Source: the human T2T-CHM13v2.0 reference genome, Homo sapiens. From it: DNA of 64,000 bases. Position numbers and translations under genes: made by a program. How positions within the stretch are numbered: the stretch's first letter is position 1; each line of letters begins with the position of its first letter. Positions 44,643 through 56,987 of this stretch are shown piece by piece. The stretch lies in the NCBI RefSeq assembly GCF_009914755.1, contig NC_060925.1, one strand, 5' to 3'. The notes beneath the pieces are model-generated. The model did no database searches, was not told the DNA's origin, and saw only the letters and a program-made list of their open reading frames with translations.

Positions 44643-45001
44643 CTATATTCATAGCAGCTCTGCTTTTATTCATACTTTTATTTATCATGCACTCATCCAT
44701 AGCTTCAGCTATGAGCAGTGTATAGTGCTGGACCCTGTAGATACAATGAGAGGAAGATGGTCCCTGTTCTAGGAAACTTCCAGTTGGAAACGCAGTGCAG
44801 TAAGTGCTATGAGGGAAGCCCTTACTGTGTACACTGCTGCACAGATGAGAGGCTGAGTCTGGCAGAGGAAGAGTTTTTTGTTTTGTTTTGTTTTGTTTTT
44901 CACACCAGAGATGTTTAAGCTGAGTCTTCAGAAAGGAGTACATCACAAAGACAAAGTGAGTAAGGGCTTTCCGGAAAAGAGATTGTTTTAATATATTTTG
45001 T

Positions 45002-45193
45002 TTTGGGTTTTTTTTTTTTTTTTTTTTTTTTAAGGACCAGAATGTCTCACTGTGTTGCCCAGGCTGGAGTGCAGTAGCTATTCACAAAAATGGTCATTGC
45101 ACAATGAAGCCTCCAATACCTGGGGTCAAGCAATCCTCCCACCTCACCCTCTCAAGTAGCTGGGACTGTAGGCATGCGCCACCGCACCAGGCT
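45002..45193 (-). mobile_element. Alu monomer (FRAM/AluJ arm)
   Basis: Poly-T plus reverse-complement right arm; TSD TTTTAATAT. Confidence 0.8.
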
Positions 45194-45561
45194 TTTAATA
45201 TGTTTTAACCATTTGATTAAGATGAAATGAATGCCTTTGTGGTTAGCTGGGCACAATCACTCTCAAGACTATTAACACAAATACGTTTGCAAGACAACTG
45301 CAAAAGGAAAAGCTCTTTTGATAAAGGTTTTCTAAATTCCAGGGTTCCCACCTGGGGAGGGACCATATTTCCCTGTCTAGGGACAGGATTATGAAGCAAC
45401 CCACCTAGAAGACCAGTCCTCAAAGTCCTCCAGAAAGACAAGGTTTCATATGTTTATAGAGAGAGTTTGCAGTTGGGCTTTTCTTGCTGGTTGGCTCATT
45501 AGAAGTAAGAGAGAGAGAAATAGCTTATTTTACTACTATTGTTAATAAACAGGTATAGGCC

Positions 45562-45951
45562 TGATATGGTTTGGATCTGTGTTCCCACCCAAATCTCATG
45601 TCAAATTGTAATCCTCAATGTTTTAGGTGGGGCCTGGTGGGAGGGGATTAGATCATGAGAGTGGTTTCTCATGGTTTAACATCATCCTCCTTGGTGCTGT
45701 CATCGCGATAGTGAGATCTGGTTATTTAAAAGTATGTGGCACCTCCCCTTCACCTCTCTTCCTCCTGCTCTGGCCATGTGAAGATGCCTGCCCTTCTGCC
45801 ATCAGTAAAATTCCCTGAGGCCTCCCCAGAAGCTGATACTGCCATGCTTCCTATACCACCTGAAGAACCATGAGCCAACTAAACCTCTTTTCTTTGTAAA
45901 TTACCCAGTCTCAGGTATTTCTTTATAGCAATGACAGAACAGACTAATACA
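45562..45951 (+). mobile_element. MSTB-like MaLR LTR
   Basis: tgatatggtttggatctgtgttccc...aacagactaataca. Confidence 0.85.
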
Positions 45952-47014
45952 AGGCCTTTCATCATGGTAGAGAAAGACTCCAAAAATCCTACTCTTTCTA
46001 ATATATTTATGCAGGTGAAATTCAAAGGTAGTCTTTAAAGGTGGAAACATGCTCTGTATAAAAGCAGACGGTGGGGCAGTTCCACCCTTTGCCTCCCTCA
46101 CTCTTGGAGCAGGGACAGGTCTGATACCCAGGCCTAGAGTCAAGGCTGGTTAATGGCTATTCCAAAGCTTCTCTCTCCTCCTCTCTAACTTCCCCATTCA
46201 CTGCCCCATCTCTCAAATTCCATTCCAGGAATGGAATTTCACCTACGTACAGTGGAAGACTAATTCTATGTAGCTTGGGGAGGTCTCTGCATCTGGAAGG
46301 TAAAAGCTCTAACACATGCACATTTCCAAGTGACTTCATAAACTGAGCTCTATGGCTGGCCCTTGGCAGTGGTGGGCAAGAGGCAACTCCCAAGGAGATT
46401 TTTATTTTTTAATTTCAAAGCGGGAAGTAAGAGAGCAGATGGAAAGATGCTCTCCAGCTTGGAGTTGGGCTGAGTGCTTCCTTTCCTTTGGCTACTCCCC
46501 AGCATGGGGGGAAGAAAATTCTAGGCACTTGAGAATGTGACAGGTGTTGGGGGGTGATGAGGACCTGCAGACAGCATGGGGTCTCCACATCTGCCACTGC
46601 TTTGGATCACCAGCATGTGTGCACTGGCCAAATGGGAGAAGGACCAGAGCCCTGTTCCTGGATCCCTCCCTCCTTCCCTTAATGCTGTGTGCAAATTGGG
46701 ATGCAACTTTCCCCCTTGGCCTAGGGAGAGACTAGAAGATGCTGAGGGAGAGATGAGATAAGAGATCAAAGAGTCTAGTAGCTTCTTGGGGGACCTATGG
46801 GAAATTCCTAGTGGTTTTTCCCATTGGCTTTCACTGCACCTGTCTTCCTGCCCTCCTGCATTATGGGGGGGGCCTATATTCCTGGAACTTTCTAAAATTT
46901 GCCCCTCTACATTCCTTCTGAACATGCTACTCTGCTTGCTTTTCTGCATCCTCATCCACCTGCTTTGCTAGAGCTCAGCATGACTATCACTCTGCTCTTG
47001 TTCTTCCTCATGAT

Positions 47015-47759
47015 AGTGACACAGGATTGTTCCCTTGACCCCCTTTGTGGGCAGGAACTGGAGTGGCTCATTTCACTCAGCCTGCTGATGGCCACTCCTG
47101 GCAGAAGGGAGTGTGTGAGTGAGTGCGGGAACCAGAGTGAACGAATGCTAGAACTAGCCGGTCACTCCTCTCTGGTGGGAGCAAGCTCTGTGTGGGCCCT
47201 GCAGCAGCATCCAAGTGTGTTGCAATGGATGCTCTTTCAGCTCTGCTGTCCAGAGATGGCCAAGTGTCAGTCAGCTCAGTGGAAGGTCAGGGTGGCAGCC
47301 CCTGCCCTCTCAGCACCCGGGTTCTTGTCCAGTGTCCAGGAAGAATCAGGTCACATGAACTGTTTGAAAGGTGATGAGTGTGGAAGACTTTATTGAGTGG
47401 TGGTTGGCTCTCAGTGGAAAGGGAGCCTGGAAAGGGGATGGGAAGGTAATCTTTCTCTGAAGCCTGGCTGTCTCCATCTGGGCCCCTCTCTGAAGCCACA
47501 CTGCCTGAAATTAGCCATGTCTATCCACAGTCTCTGATGTTCAGTTGCTTCTCTGCTCACTGCTCAGCCACTTGTCTCCTTGCCACTCAGCCACTTGTGT
47601 TTCTCTGCCAGCTAAAGTCTTTTATGGGCAAGGGATAGGGGCAGGGCAGGCCAAAAAGGCAACATTTGGGAGGAAAAGTGGGGTCAGCTATATCCACTTA
47701 GGGCCACAGTTCCAGGCTTAAGGGTGGGGTTTAGCCGGGAGCCCAGCCCTTTTGTATCA
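47015..47759 (-). mobile_element. ERV1 LTR (LTR1/LTR28/MER52 group)
   Basis: gggttcttgtccagtgtccaggaagaatcaggtcaca...tttattgagtgg; ends ...gtatca. Confidence 0.65.
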
Positions 47760-47829
47760 GTGGCAGAGTTTCTGTCCTTTGGCACTTGTTATACAATAGG
47801 TCGGCGTAAGGGAGTGTTGTGCAGTGGGA

Positions 47830-48501
47830 GAGGGTACACCCTGGAGACTCTAAGATCTTTGTCCAACTCCCAATTCCACCACTTACCATCTACAGAGTTA
47901 GGAAGCAGTCCCTGAGACCATTCTTACTTCTGACCAATTGCAAGCTCAAGCATTCCCAAGACCCCTCTTAGGTCAGTAATTTATTAGAAGGACTCATAGA
48001 ACTGAGAGCTCATAGGCTCATAATGGTGGTTTATTACAATAAAAGGATACAGATTAGAATTAGCCAAAAGAAGAGACAGGTCAAGCAGAGTCCAGGAGAG
48101 TTGCATGTGCAGAGATCGCAGTTATTCTCTCTTGATGAAGCTGAGGACAGTGCTAAAGTCTCCCAGGAACAATGTGTGACACTGCATGCAAAATATTGCT
48201 AATCAGGGAAGTTCTTCCAATCCTTAGTGTCCAGGGATTTTATTGGGGCTCAGTCATGTAGTCATGGCTGACCATCCAAGTGGTTGACCTTAGTTTCTAG
48301 CCCCTCTGGAGGTTGAGCCGATGCATGCCCAAAGACCCCACCATCCATCATTGTTAGTATAGACTACCTGGTTTTGCCCAAGACCCCCAGGTAGATAAAG
48401 ATACTCTTATCAGGTGAGATAACCAAGGACTCAGAGATGACCTCCCAGGAGCCAAGGACAAAAGTCAGATCTCTCTAGGGGCAAAGCTAACACTGTACCA
48501 C
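47830..48501 (-). mobile_element. MER21/MER77-like LTR
   Basis: cccaagacccctcttaggtcagtaatttattagaaggactca...tttattggggctcagtcatgtag. Confidence 0.6.
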
Positions 48502-50849
48502 ACCCCATCTGTGTGATGCTGTACTCTTATTAACCTCACTGGGCATCTATTTCCTCATCAGTAAATTGGGGACAATGATCCCCACCTCACTGGGGTTTCT
48601 GAGGAATGAGTAACATAATATATGCAAAAGGCCTAGTATGTGAAAGGCTTCAACAAAAATTAGGTCCTTCCTAGTAAGCTTAAGGGCCTTTGCTCTTATC
48701 TTCTAAACTAGCCCAGGGCATTATTCCCTCTTTCCTCTTCTTCCCACCCTGTCTCCCAATTTGCTTTCCCTTTTCCCCCAGAAAAGGATAATACCTTTAT
48801 TCCCTGTATGTCATTATTAACTTGCTTTTTAAAAAACAAATGTGTGTGTGTTATCATTGTTATAATTTTTAAAACTGTGCTATTGCATGGATTATTACAA
48901 TGGATGTAATCATTGTCCTCTTGAGCCGCACTGAGTATCCTTGTGCATACACATCTTTGTGGATTGGGCCAGTGATTCTGCAGGCTGGATTCTTTGAGGT
49001 GGCATTGATGGGTCAAGGGTGTCATTAAAGTCTTGATGGTACTGCTGTATTGCTCTCCCAAAAAGGCCATACCAAGTTAAACCTCCACCAATGATGCACG
49101 AATCTGCCAGTTTCCCCACACTTCCTAGGGACCAGTGTGGAAGAGGATGGCTTCAAGTGCCCGAGACTCATACCTGGGGCTTTCTCTTGGTCTGAGCCCA
49201 GGATGAGGCAGGGCTTATGGAATTTCATTGGGAGGAATGAAACACTAGGGAATGTGAAAATCCTGTGACTTGCCATTCACCATGACAGAGGACACAGTGA
49301 GTGAGGTTTCAGGTCTGGGTTGAAAGTCCATGCTTGCTGAGGGTTCCAGCCAGAACTAGAGGTGCAAACCCAGGGAAGAAAAAGAAGCAGGAAGGCCAGA
49401 TAAATGTCAGGAAAGAAAAAGAGCAACCACTTTCTGCCCTCGGTCCTGAGTGAGTCTGTTCCTGACACAGCAGCAGAACAGCCTGCAAGGTGCGTAGGCT
49501 CTTCTTAGTCCCCAGAGTCCATCACCAGCAGGGGGTGCCTCTCCCTCCATCAGGACTTGCCTGCAGCTCTGGGACACCACCGAGGCCAAGGAAACACCTT
49601 CACCCTCAGGGCCTCTGGGGGTCACCATGCTCCCTTTAGGCCCACACTTAATTTCTTTATACTAAGGCCATGAAACTTGAGTCCCAGTTCAGTTTCAACC
49701 ACCAAACCACTGTGTGGGGTCCATCTCTCTAGACCTTCGTGTATTTGCTGTTTAAAAGTAATGAAGAAAGGGGAGGGAAGGCTGAACAATAATTAACATT
49801 TGTAAAGAACAGTTTGGTTCAGTACCTTATCTCATTGATGCTCACTCTATGCCCATTTTACAGATGGGAAAAAGAAGACTTAGAGAGGTTAAGTGAACTG
49901 CCCAAGTTTACCCTGCTGGTAAGCCAGGACTTTCTTGGCAAATCCTGTGATCCTTCAACTTGACCATATTAGAAGATTCTAGTATTGGTGAAATCTAAAA
50001 CTTGTAGGGCCCATCTTAAAATAGCAAAGTAGTTTTAACTAGGCACTGTCAGATGCATCTGGGCTTTGAATTATTACTTGGGCAGGTTCCTTGAACTTTG
50101 GTGTTCTCATCCAGAATAAAAGACAGTGGTGCCAGGGTAGGAGCTATGAGCACAGAGAAAGTAGCCCTTGAATGGGGCCACAGAGGGATGCTGCAGGGGA
50201 CTGTAGTTTTGGATGAGGAGCTGAACTAGAAGCTTCCAAGTGCTCTTCCAAGACAAAGATTCTATGATTCCCTAACTGGGATCTTTCCACTGTTTCAGGT
50301 GATAATTCTGAGCTCAGATCCTGTGCACAGAACCTAATGCAGTCTTCGTGTCAGAGCTAGAAGAGACCTTGGGCGACCACCCAATCAACTTTTCATGGTT
50401 CAGTTGTGGAAACTGATGTCCACAGATAAATGTCTTGCTATCATGTCAGATAGTTCTCCAGCCACGACTGAGGCCTGAGTCCCCCTAGGGCAGAGGAAAT
50501 CTCCCATTTCTAAAAGAAAGCCCCGCACTGTTCATAGCAGTCACAACCTCTCTCACATCCCTGAATCAGGATCCAACGACTTGCCAATCAACAAATGTTG
50601 CTGGAGAGTTTACCACAAACAAGTCTCTGTGCTAGGCCCTGAGAACACAAGCTGTCCGGCAACTTCCTGCTCCCTAAAGTCACAGTCTATGGTGGAGGTG
50701 CAAACAAGCGATCCTGTTGGGGCTTCAGGGTACTTCCTCCTGTGTGCTTTGCACGTAGTAGGTGCTCAGCGAACGGAAACGGGGAGACTAGTTATCACTC
50801 TCCAGGCAAGCCCGCAAAGAGGCCTCAGGTGAAAAGAGAAAGGAGGATT

Positions 50850-51240
50850 TTTTTTTCCGGCCCTGGCTCTGCGCACCGCTCCCCAGCGCGCCAGGCGGGG
50901 CTGCGTCCGGAGCATCCTTCCCTCCGCCTCTGTCCTGGTCCCCGCTCAGCGGCCGCTAGGAGCGCGAAGGGAGGGGCGCGGGGGCGCGCACGCAGGGTGT
51001 CGGGGGCGCGCCGGCCGCCCGGGGACGCGCACGGGCTGGTCTCTGCCCTAATGCGGCGGCTGGCGGCGAGAGGCGCTGCAGGGGACGCGGGGGAAGTGGC
51101 GGCGCCGGCAGCGGACAGCTCGGACAGCGCCCAGGGCCGGAGCCCGAGCCCTTGGAGGTAGGCGAGCGCGAACACCGGAGAGATGGGGGTAGAGAGTCAT
51201 GGAAACCCACCTAGCGACACCCCCTTGTTCCCGCCCTCGT
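50850..51240 (+). promoter_or_regulatory. NFASC: CpG-island promoter
   Basis: Sharp GC/CpG enrichment, GC boxes (gggaggggcgcgggggcg), NRF1-like GCGCGCACGCA at about 50984-50994, no TATA box. Gene identity is from recall only. Confidence 0.8.
50985..51157 (+). other. NFASC: First (5' UTR) exon, probably of neurofascin; start approximate, donor GAG|GTAGGC
   Basis: Donor GT at 51158 at the end of the CpG island; ...GGACAGCGCCCAGGGCCGGAGCCCGAGCCCTTGGAG matches my recollection of the NFASC mRNA leader (unverified). Confidence 0.7.
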
Positions 51241-52379
51241 CTGTCTCCATCCCCTGACCTGCCCCCTCCCCCTCCGTCCACATTCCCATCCCTTCCCCTC
51301 TCCACACTGTCACCTGCCCCGAATCCATCCGATTCTGTTCGTATGCCCACCCCGTCCCCGTCCAGCTCCCAGCCCCCTGCCCACCCCAACACCCTTTCTA
51401 TCTCGTTGGCCGCGTCCCCTCCCCCTTCCCGCATCCTCAACCCTTTCCCTTTCCTCTCTGTCCCCGCCTCATCCGTGAGCCCTGCCTGCCCTTGTACTTC
51501 TGTTTACCTCGACACCCCACTTTGGATGACCCCATGCCTCCTGTATTTCCTACCGCACACATCAGCCCCTTCTTGCCTCCCCTATTCTCTTCCCCATCTC
51601 ATGCCCCTACCAGTTGGTGTCCTGTCTCTCCATTTGCTCCCTCAGTTTCTGTCCTCCCCTGGTTCCCCCTTGCACGCCCTGTCCCAGCCCCTTCCCAGCT
51701 GCCTCTTGGTGTCCTCCTGCATCACAGTCCCTCTCAAGAACCCCGCCTTCTCCCCCCTTTGGCTGTTAGCTGGCCTGACACCCGTCACCTTCCCTAGCTG
51801 CCCTTCCTGGTGCTGTGTGGAGCCATACAGCCTGTACCCAGCCCTCCCTCAGTGGCCTCTGGACCCCCCTTCCCTGGGTGGGGATCTTGGTTGTGGAATA
51901 TAACCCCTTTCTGCATGTTCGATCCTATTTGTGGCTTGGGGAAGAATGCTGGGGGTTAGTAGGCCTCTCTCTTATGTTCCTCTCCAGCCATGCAGCCACT
52001 CTACTCCTCTAGCTGTTCAGGTTTGTTTCCTAGATGGATTGGGGGAGGGGGTGCTAGGCATTGGGAAACTAGGATGGGGAAGGGGCAGGGTCCAGGGGAA
52101 TGACTGAGCAGACTCCTCCTGGGGCTTGGCCTGAGCCCTGATGTAAAGGCCTGGATGAGGAGCCCTGCTGGAGGGCTGGATAATTTTGGATTTTAGAAAA
52201 GATTCTGCTTCAGCCTCCAAGTCAGCACTTTGGCATCTGGAGCTGTCATGAGTGTGGCCCATGGGCTGGGCCAAGAGTGGGCAGAGTGCTGAATCACCTA
52301 GAATCTGGTCCCCATGGCAGCCCCCATCCTGTCCTGAGCCAGGTTCTGCTCCTGACTCCTTCCTTGGCATTTTGGCATG

Positions 52380-52380
<1 letters not shown>

Positions 52381-52417
<37 letters not shown>
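52381..52417 (+). repeat. (GT)n microsatellite
   Basis: About 18 pure GT units. Confidence 0.95.
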
Positions 52418-52418
<1 letters not shown>

Positions 52419-52943
52419 GAGCAGAGATGCCTCATCCCTCAGTGTGGGGGAGAGGACAACAATACCCCTTTTCTGCCTGCCTGTGTCCCTGGCATGAGGG
52501 CCTAGTGCGTCTCATCTACCCTTGGAAATGTGCTGGGCCCTGCTGGGCCTCAGTCAAATCTCCAGCAAGGCAAGGGCAAGCCACAGGGCTTTGAGACCTG
52601 GTTGGACAGGAGTTTAATTGTTTGTGTGGAGCCAAAGCCAGCCTCAGAGCCCACAGAACTTAAAGCAATAGGAGAATAGCCCAGGGAAAATGTGTGTGAA
52701 GAGTGGAAGCCTCTGGGGATAGGGGCCATACCAGCTGTGAGGTGGGGGCAGTGGAGGAAGGCAGGCAGAGATCTATCCTCCTTCTGGTTTGGGGATGATT
52801 GGATGTGGTGGAATTGCATTGCAGGAAGAATTGAAGGAGATGGGGGCCTGCTACGCAGCTAATACATTTCACCTTTTGTCTTGACTGAGCTGGCACTTCG
52901 GAGGGAGTAATTTCTCCCCTTGTCTTTGGATTCAACTGAAGGG

Positions 52944-53049
52944 GTGTGTTGTGTGTGTTGTGATGTGTGTGTGTGTTGTGATGTGTGTGTGTGTTGTGAT
53001 GTGTGTGTGTGTTGTGTGATGTGTGTATAGAGAGAGAGAGAGAGAGAGA
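52944..53049 (+). repeat. Compound (TG)n with an 18-bp period, followed by (AG)n
   Basis: gttgtgatgtgtgtgtgt x3, then an AG run. Confidence 0.9.
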
Positions 53050-56000
53050 ATTATGCCAGTAAGGAAAGAGACTCACTCCCACTTAGCCCCAGAAATTGTG
53101 GTTGCCACTGTGGAACAGGGAATGGCAGCCCGATTCCTGTCTTAGGGGCTTAGACGAAACCCAGAGGCTTAAATTGAGGCGTTAAGAGCGAATTGCAGAC
53201 AGACTCTGTCCCTTCTCTGCAAGGCTTTCACTTTAGGAATCCAAGTGACTGGACTCCTTCAGCTCCTGTGCAGTAAACTCTGAATGGGCCTCAGGCAGTG
53301 CCTGGCAAGGGGATGTGCTGCTGGGGGCACTGGCTGCACCTTGCTTTGTCACCCTTCTCCGTCGCCTCTCCAGCGTGAGAGGGGGTGGGGCTGGAAGCTT
53401 TCCCTGGCATCAGTGCCTAAGGGCTGCCAGCTTTTCCTGGTACAGGGAGAAAGCATTACCTGCAGCCGTTGTTGAGAGCTGATTGGATTAAGGTCCTGAT
53501 GTTGAAATGCTTGACTGGAGCTCAGGTGAAGTGGGGGATTCTAATAACAGTGTACATATTTCCCAGTTTTGTGCAATGAATTTCACCCCTCACCCCCTTG
53601 TTTGGCATCAGAAAGAGTACGGAGAAATAAACCAAGGCACACGGAGGGAGAAGCCAGCTCCCCAGAGAGCTGGAGCAAGACCTTCCAATTGTACCTAGCC
53701 AGCTCCCTGTGGGCTGAACTGGCTGCGCTCACAAGGGCTGGTTCTTTTAAGGCACACATTGAAGAGGTGGCTGAGAGCTGGGGGTGGGGTTCTGGCTTTG
53801 CATTTCTGGGGTGGGTGGGCCAGAGGAGGGTCTGATTTCTGTGGTGAGTGAGAGACAGGATGCCAAGGCTCTGATCAGTATATTGCAACTTGTTTCCTAC
53901 CTCTGGCTCCACTCTTCTCCCTCAGGCTTTTTTGGAGGCCAGAGGCACCCTGAGATCTTCAAGACCATGGAGGAGCTGGAGTGTGAGAATCATCCCTTTG
54001 TCTTTAGAAAAAGAAATTCTTAGGAAATCAGAGAGGGGGAAGCAGAAAAATTCAGTTCTCAGTCTGTTTGCCTGGGGTGATGTTTGGGGTGGGGAGGGGA
54101 GAAGTGAGAGGAACGTAAGGCCGGTTTCATACTTACTCATTTAACAAAGATCCATTAAGCCCTACGGTGTGCTGCTCTGCTAGGTGCTGAGACCATAGAG
54201 ATGAAAAGTAAGCTAGGGTCCAATCTCTCCGAGCTCCTGGGCAATGGAAGAGGAAGACAGGTGATCAGACAAATAACAGATAAGCTTGAGCAAGAGCATC
54301 CGGATAGGGATGTTACACAGCGGGATCTTTAATTCCAGTGGTATCAGCACCCTGCTCTCCACAGCTATGAAGAGGGCTTGGCTGATGCTATCCGGAATGG
54401 TAGCTCAGGGCTGACCCTGAAGTTGACTCTCAGGAAAAGGGTAGGGGACAAGATGAGGTTCAAGGTGTTGTCAGATCCCCAGCTTGAAGGGCTAGAGGGG
54501 TAATGTTCTGTGTGAACACCTGTGTGAACAAGGTGAACCCGGCTAGATGTGGCTAGAACCTGATAGGGGAATACCCAAAGGGAGCTCTGTGATGAGGTCG
54601 AGGCTGCTTAACTCTCCCAATCCCATCTTCTAAGCTCTTGTATTTTAGGGGTAAAGTGTGGCTGGATATGCTTAGAATGTCAGTGAGTCAGAGGAAAGAG
54701 GCTCTGGGAGCTACTCGTGTGTAGGCAAGATGCACAGGGATGTGCTGAGAAGCAAGGCGAGGAAAAATATTGTGAGGACTGCAAGGTTCACACACCTGCA
54801 AGGTGTGTGAAAGGATTTGGCATTATGGGGAGGTCAGAGTCAGGTGGGAGTCATTGATGGGGAGGGCAAGTTGTTGGTAAGCAGGAGAGGTCCTTAGAAG
54901 CTATACACTTGACCACAGATTCCCGCAAATATCCATAGCCGAAGTGGGAAAATAGCCTAAGGAGAGAGACTGTCAGTTTCATCTGTCTGAGTAGCCCCTC
55001 TTTTCCCCCACACACCCATTTTTGTTCATTTCATCAATGTATCCTGAGCCTTTGAATCTGTCAGGAGCTGTGCAAGCTATTGGGCATGTAAGTCAAATTG
55101 GAGACACAGAAATGAAACCAAATTAAGACTCAGCACAAGAACTGCTATAATTGAGGTTAGATGAATTCCTGGTGTTGTAGGAGCATGGCTGAGGGGTCAT
55201 AGTGAGCAGTAGGATCTGGAGTGATTGCACCAAACTGTCTGGACAGACCCCTGCCTTGGCTTGAGCAAGTTGATGACAAACCTTTGGGCACTTACAATGC
55301 CCAGCTAAGGCCCAGGTCTAGCTGCAAGGGCCCAGGCCTAACTGTAAGGGCAGATGTTGGATGCATATGGCCTGGTCCCTGGACTGCAGAAGAGGGCCTG
55401 GGAGTTAATGGCTGTGCGGGGTGCTTGAGTAGGCACTTCCACAGCTTTGCTGACCCAGGACATTGGTTAGATTGTGCCAGCTTGAGAACTCTCAGGCCAC
55501 CCTTTTTTCATTAGGTCTTGAGGCAAGCCAGAAAAAAATAAAAGTGGCGTAATAACAATAGTCACCATTATCGAGTTCTTTCTATGTGCTAGGCACCCTA
55601 CTCTATGCTTTATATGCATCATTTCATTTCATCCTCAAAGGGTTAACCCTACAAATGAGATATTGTTAAGTTGCTGGTTTTACAGAAAATGACAGATTCA
55701 GAGAAGCTGTTACTTGTTGAAGATTACAGAACAGGTGAGTTGCAGAGCTAGAATCTAAACCTTTATTTGTTTGACTTCAAAGCCTGTGCTCCTCTCCCAT
55801 ATGTCGTACTGAGCCCCACCTCCCACCCCCTCCCCGCCTCCAACCCCAGGTAGAAAAATAAAAAGCTAGGATGTTTTATCCACATGCACAAGGCTTTCTA
55901 GGAAAATCTGTTAGAAGGATTCAGTTAGAAGGCATTTTTGAATGCCTTACTTTCTTCTGAAAGATAGAAATGTGGTTCCTGCTTTCAAATAGAAGAAATA

Positions 56001-56972
56001 AGACTGAGACAGGTAAAACACCTTGAGAACAAGACAATACAGGGTCTAATTAAATCTTCATTGGTGCCTCAGACCTGGGACGGTAAAATTTCAAAGAAAA
56101 GCATGATTTGTTAGTTGGATTAGGTTGTTGGAGTCATGGAGGTGACATGGCACAGTAGAAACCATTCAGCCTTTGCAACCAGACAGATCTGCATTCAGAC
56201 CCTGCTTCTACTACTTGCTAGCTGCATAGCTGCAGCTCATCTGCAAAATGGGGATATTAATATGAACCTTGCAGGGCTGTTACAGAGATTAAATGTGAGA
56301 GGATAGTGAAAGGCCCAATGTAATACCTAGCTGGTAGTAAATATTCATCAGATGCTAACTGCTGTACACAGAGGTGTTGGGAATGGAACTGAGCCTCGAA
56401 GAATTGGCAGAATTTGGATATGCAAGAGAAGCAGAGGGTATTCTAGATGAAGGAACCATCAGGTGTATAAGCAAAAACTTGGGTTCAGATTCTCTGGGAA
56501 AGAAGTGACCTGCCTCATCCTGCCTATTCTCCCCCACCCTCCCCCCACCTTCTCCCTGGTCCATGCCGCAAAGTCTTACAGGAAAAGGACATCATCCTAA
56601 AAGGCATGAGGGGCCTTCAACTTCTGGCCCCATTGTTAACTTAAATGGATTTCTTTCTCTGTAAAATTACAGGGTTGCTGCAAGTTCCTGTCCCACAGCC
56701 TGTGTTTCTGGGATTTATGTCATTGATTAATTTCTTGTCCTGGCTTTCCTCTCCCACATGCAGTGCCATGAAAAAGTTGGAGTGCCTGGGGCATGGTAGG
56801 GTCATGCCCTCACTCCCCTATCATCCCCTCCCGGCTCCTGCTGCTCTCTTCCTCCAGGAAGCAGCTGTCTTAGCATCTGCCTTCTCCTCCTTCACCTGCT
56901 CCTCCTCACTCCTCCCCTCCCGGGCTGGCCCAGCCCCTCCTGAAAGGCCTCCCTGGCAGCCCCTCTCCCCGT

Positions 56973-56987
56973 TATTGTGATGCTAAT
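56973..56987 (+). promoter_or_regulatory. SOX-POU (Sox-Oct) composite motif
   Basis: TATTGTGATGCTAAT versus the canonical CATTGTNATGCAAAT. Confidence 0.5.

Noticed and set aside
47309-47330. TCAGCACC REST left half-site
   Set aside because: Inside an LTR, with no right half at usable spacing
50742-51440. Overlapping ORFs on both strands across the CpG island
   Set aside because: Stop-codon depletion in GC-rich DNA; only the ATG at 51051 is kept as a finding
51199-51903. Longest ORF (234 aa, Pro/Ser/Leu-rich)
   Set aside because: It lies in intron 1 and is a by-product of the C/T-skewed low-complexity strand; no recognisable domain
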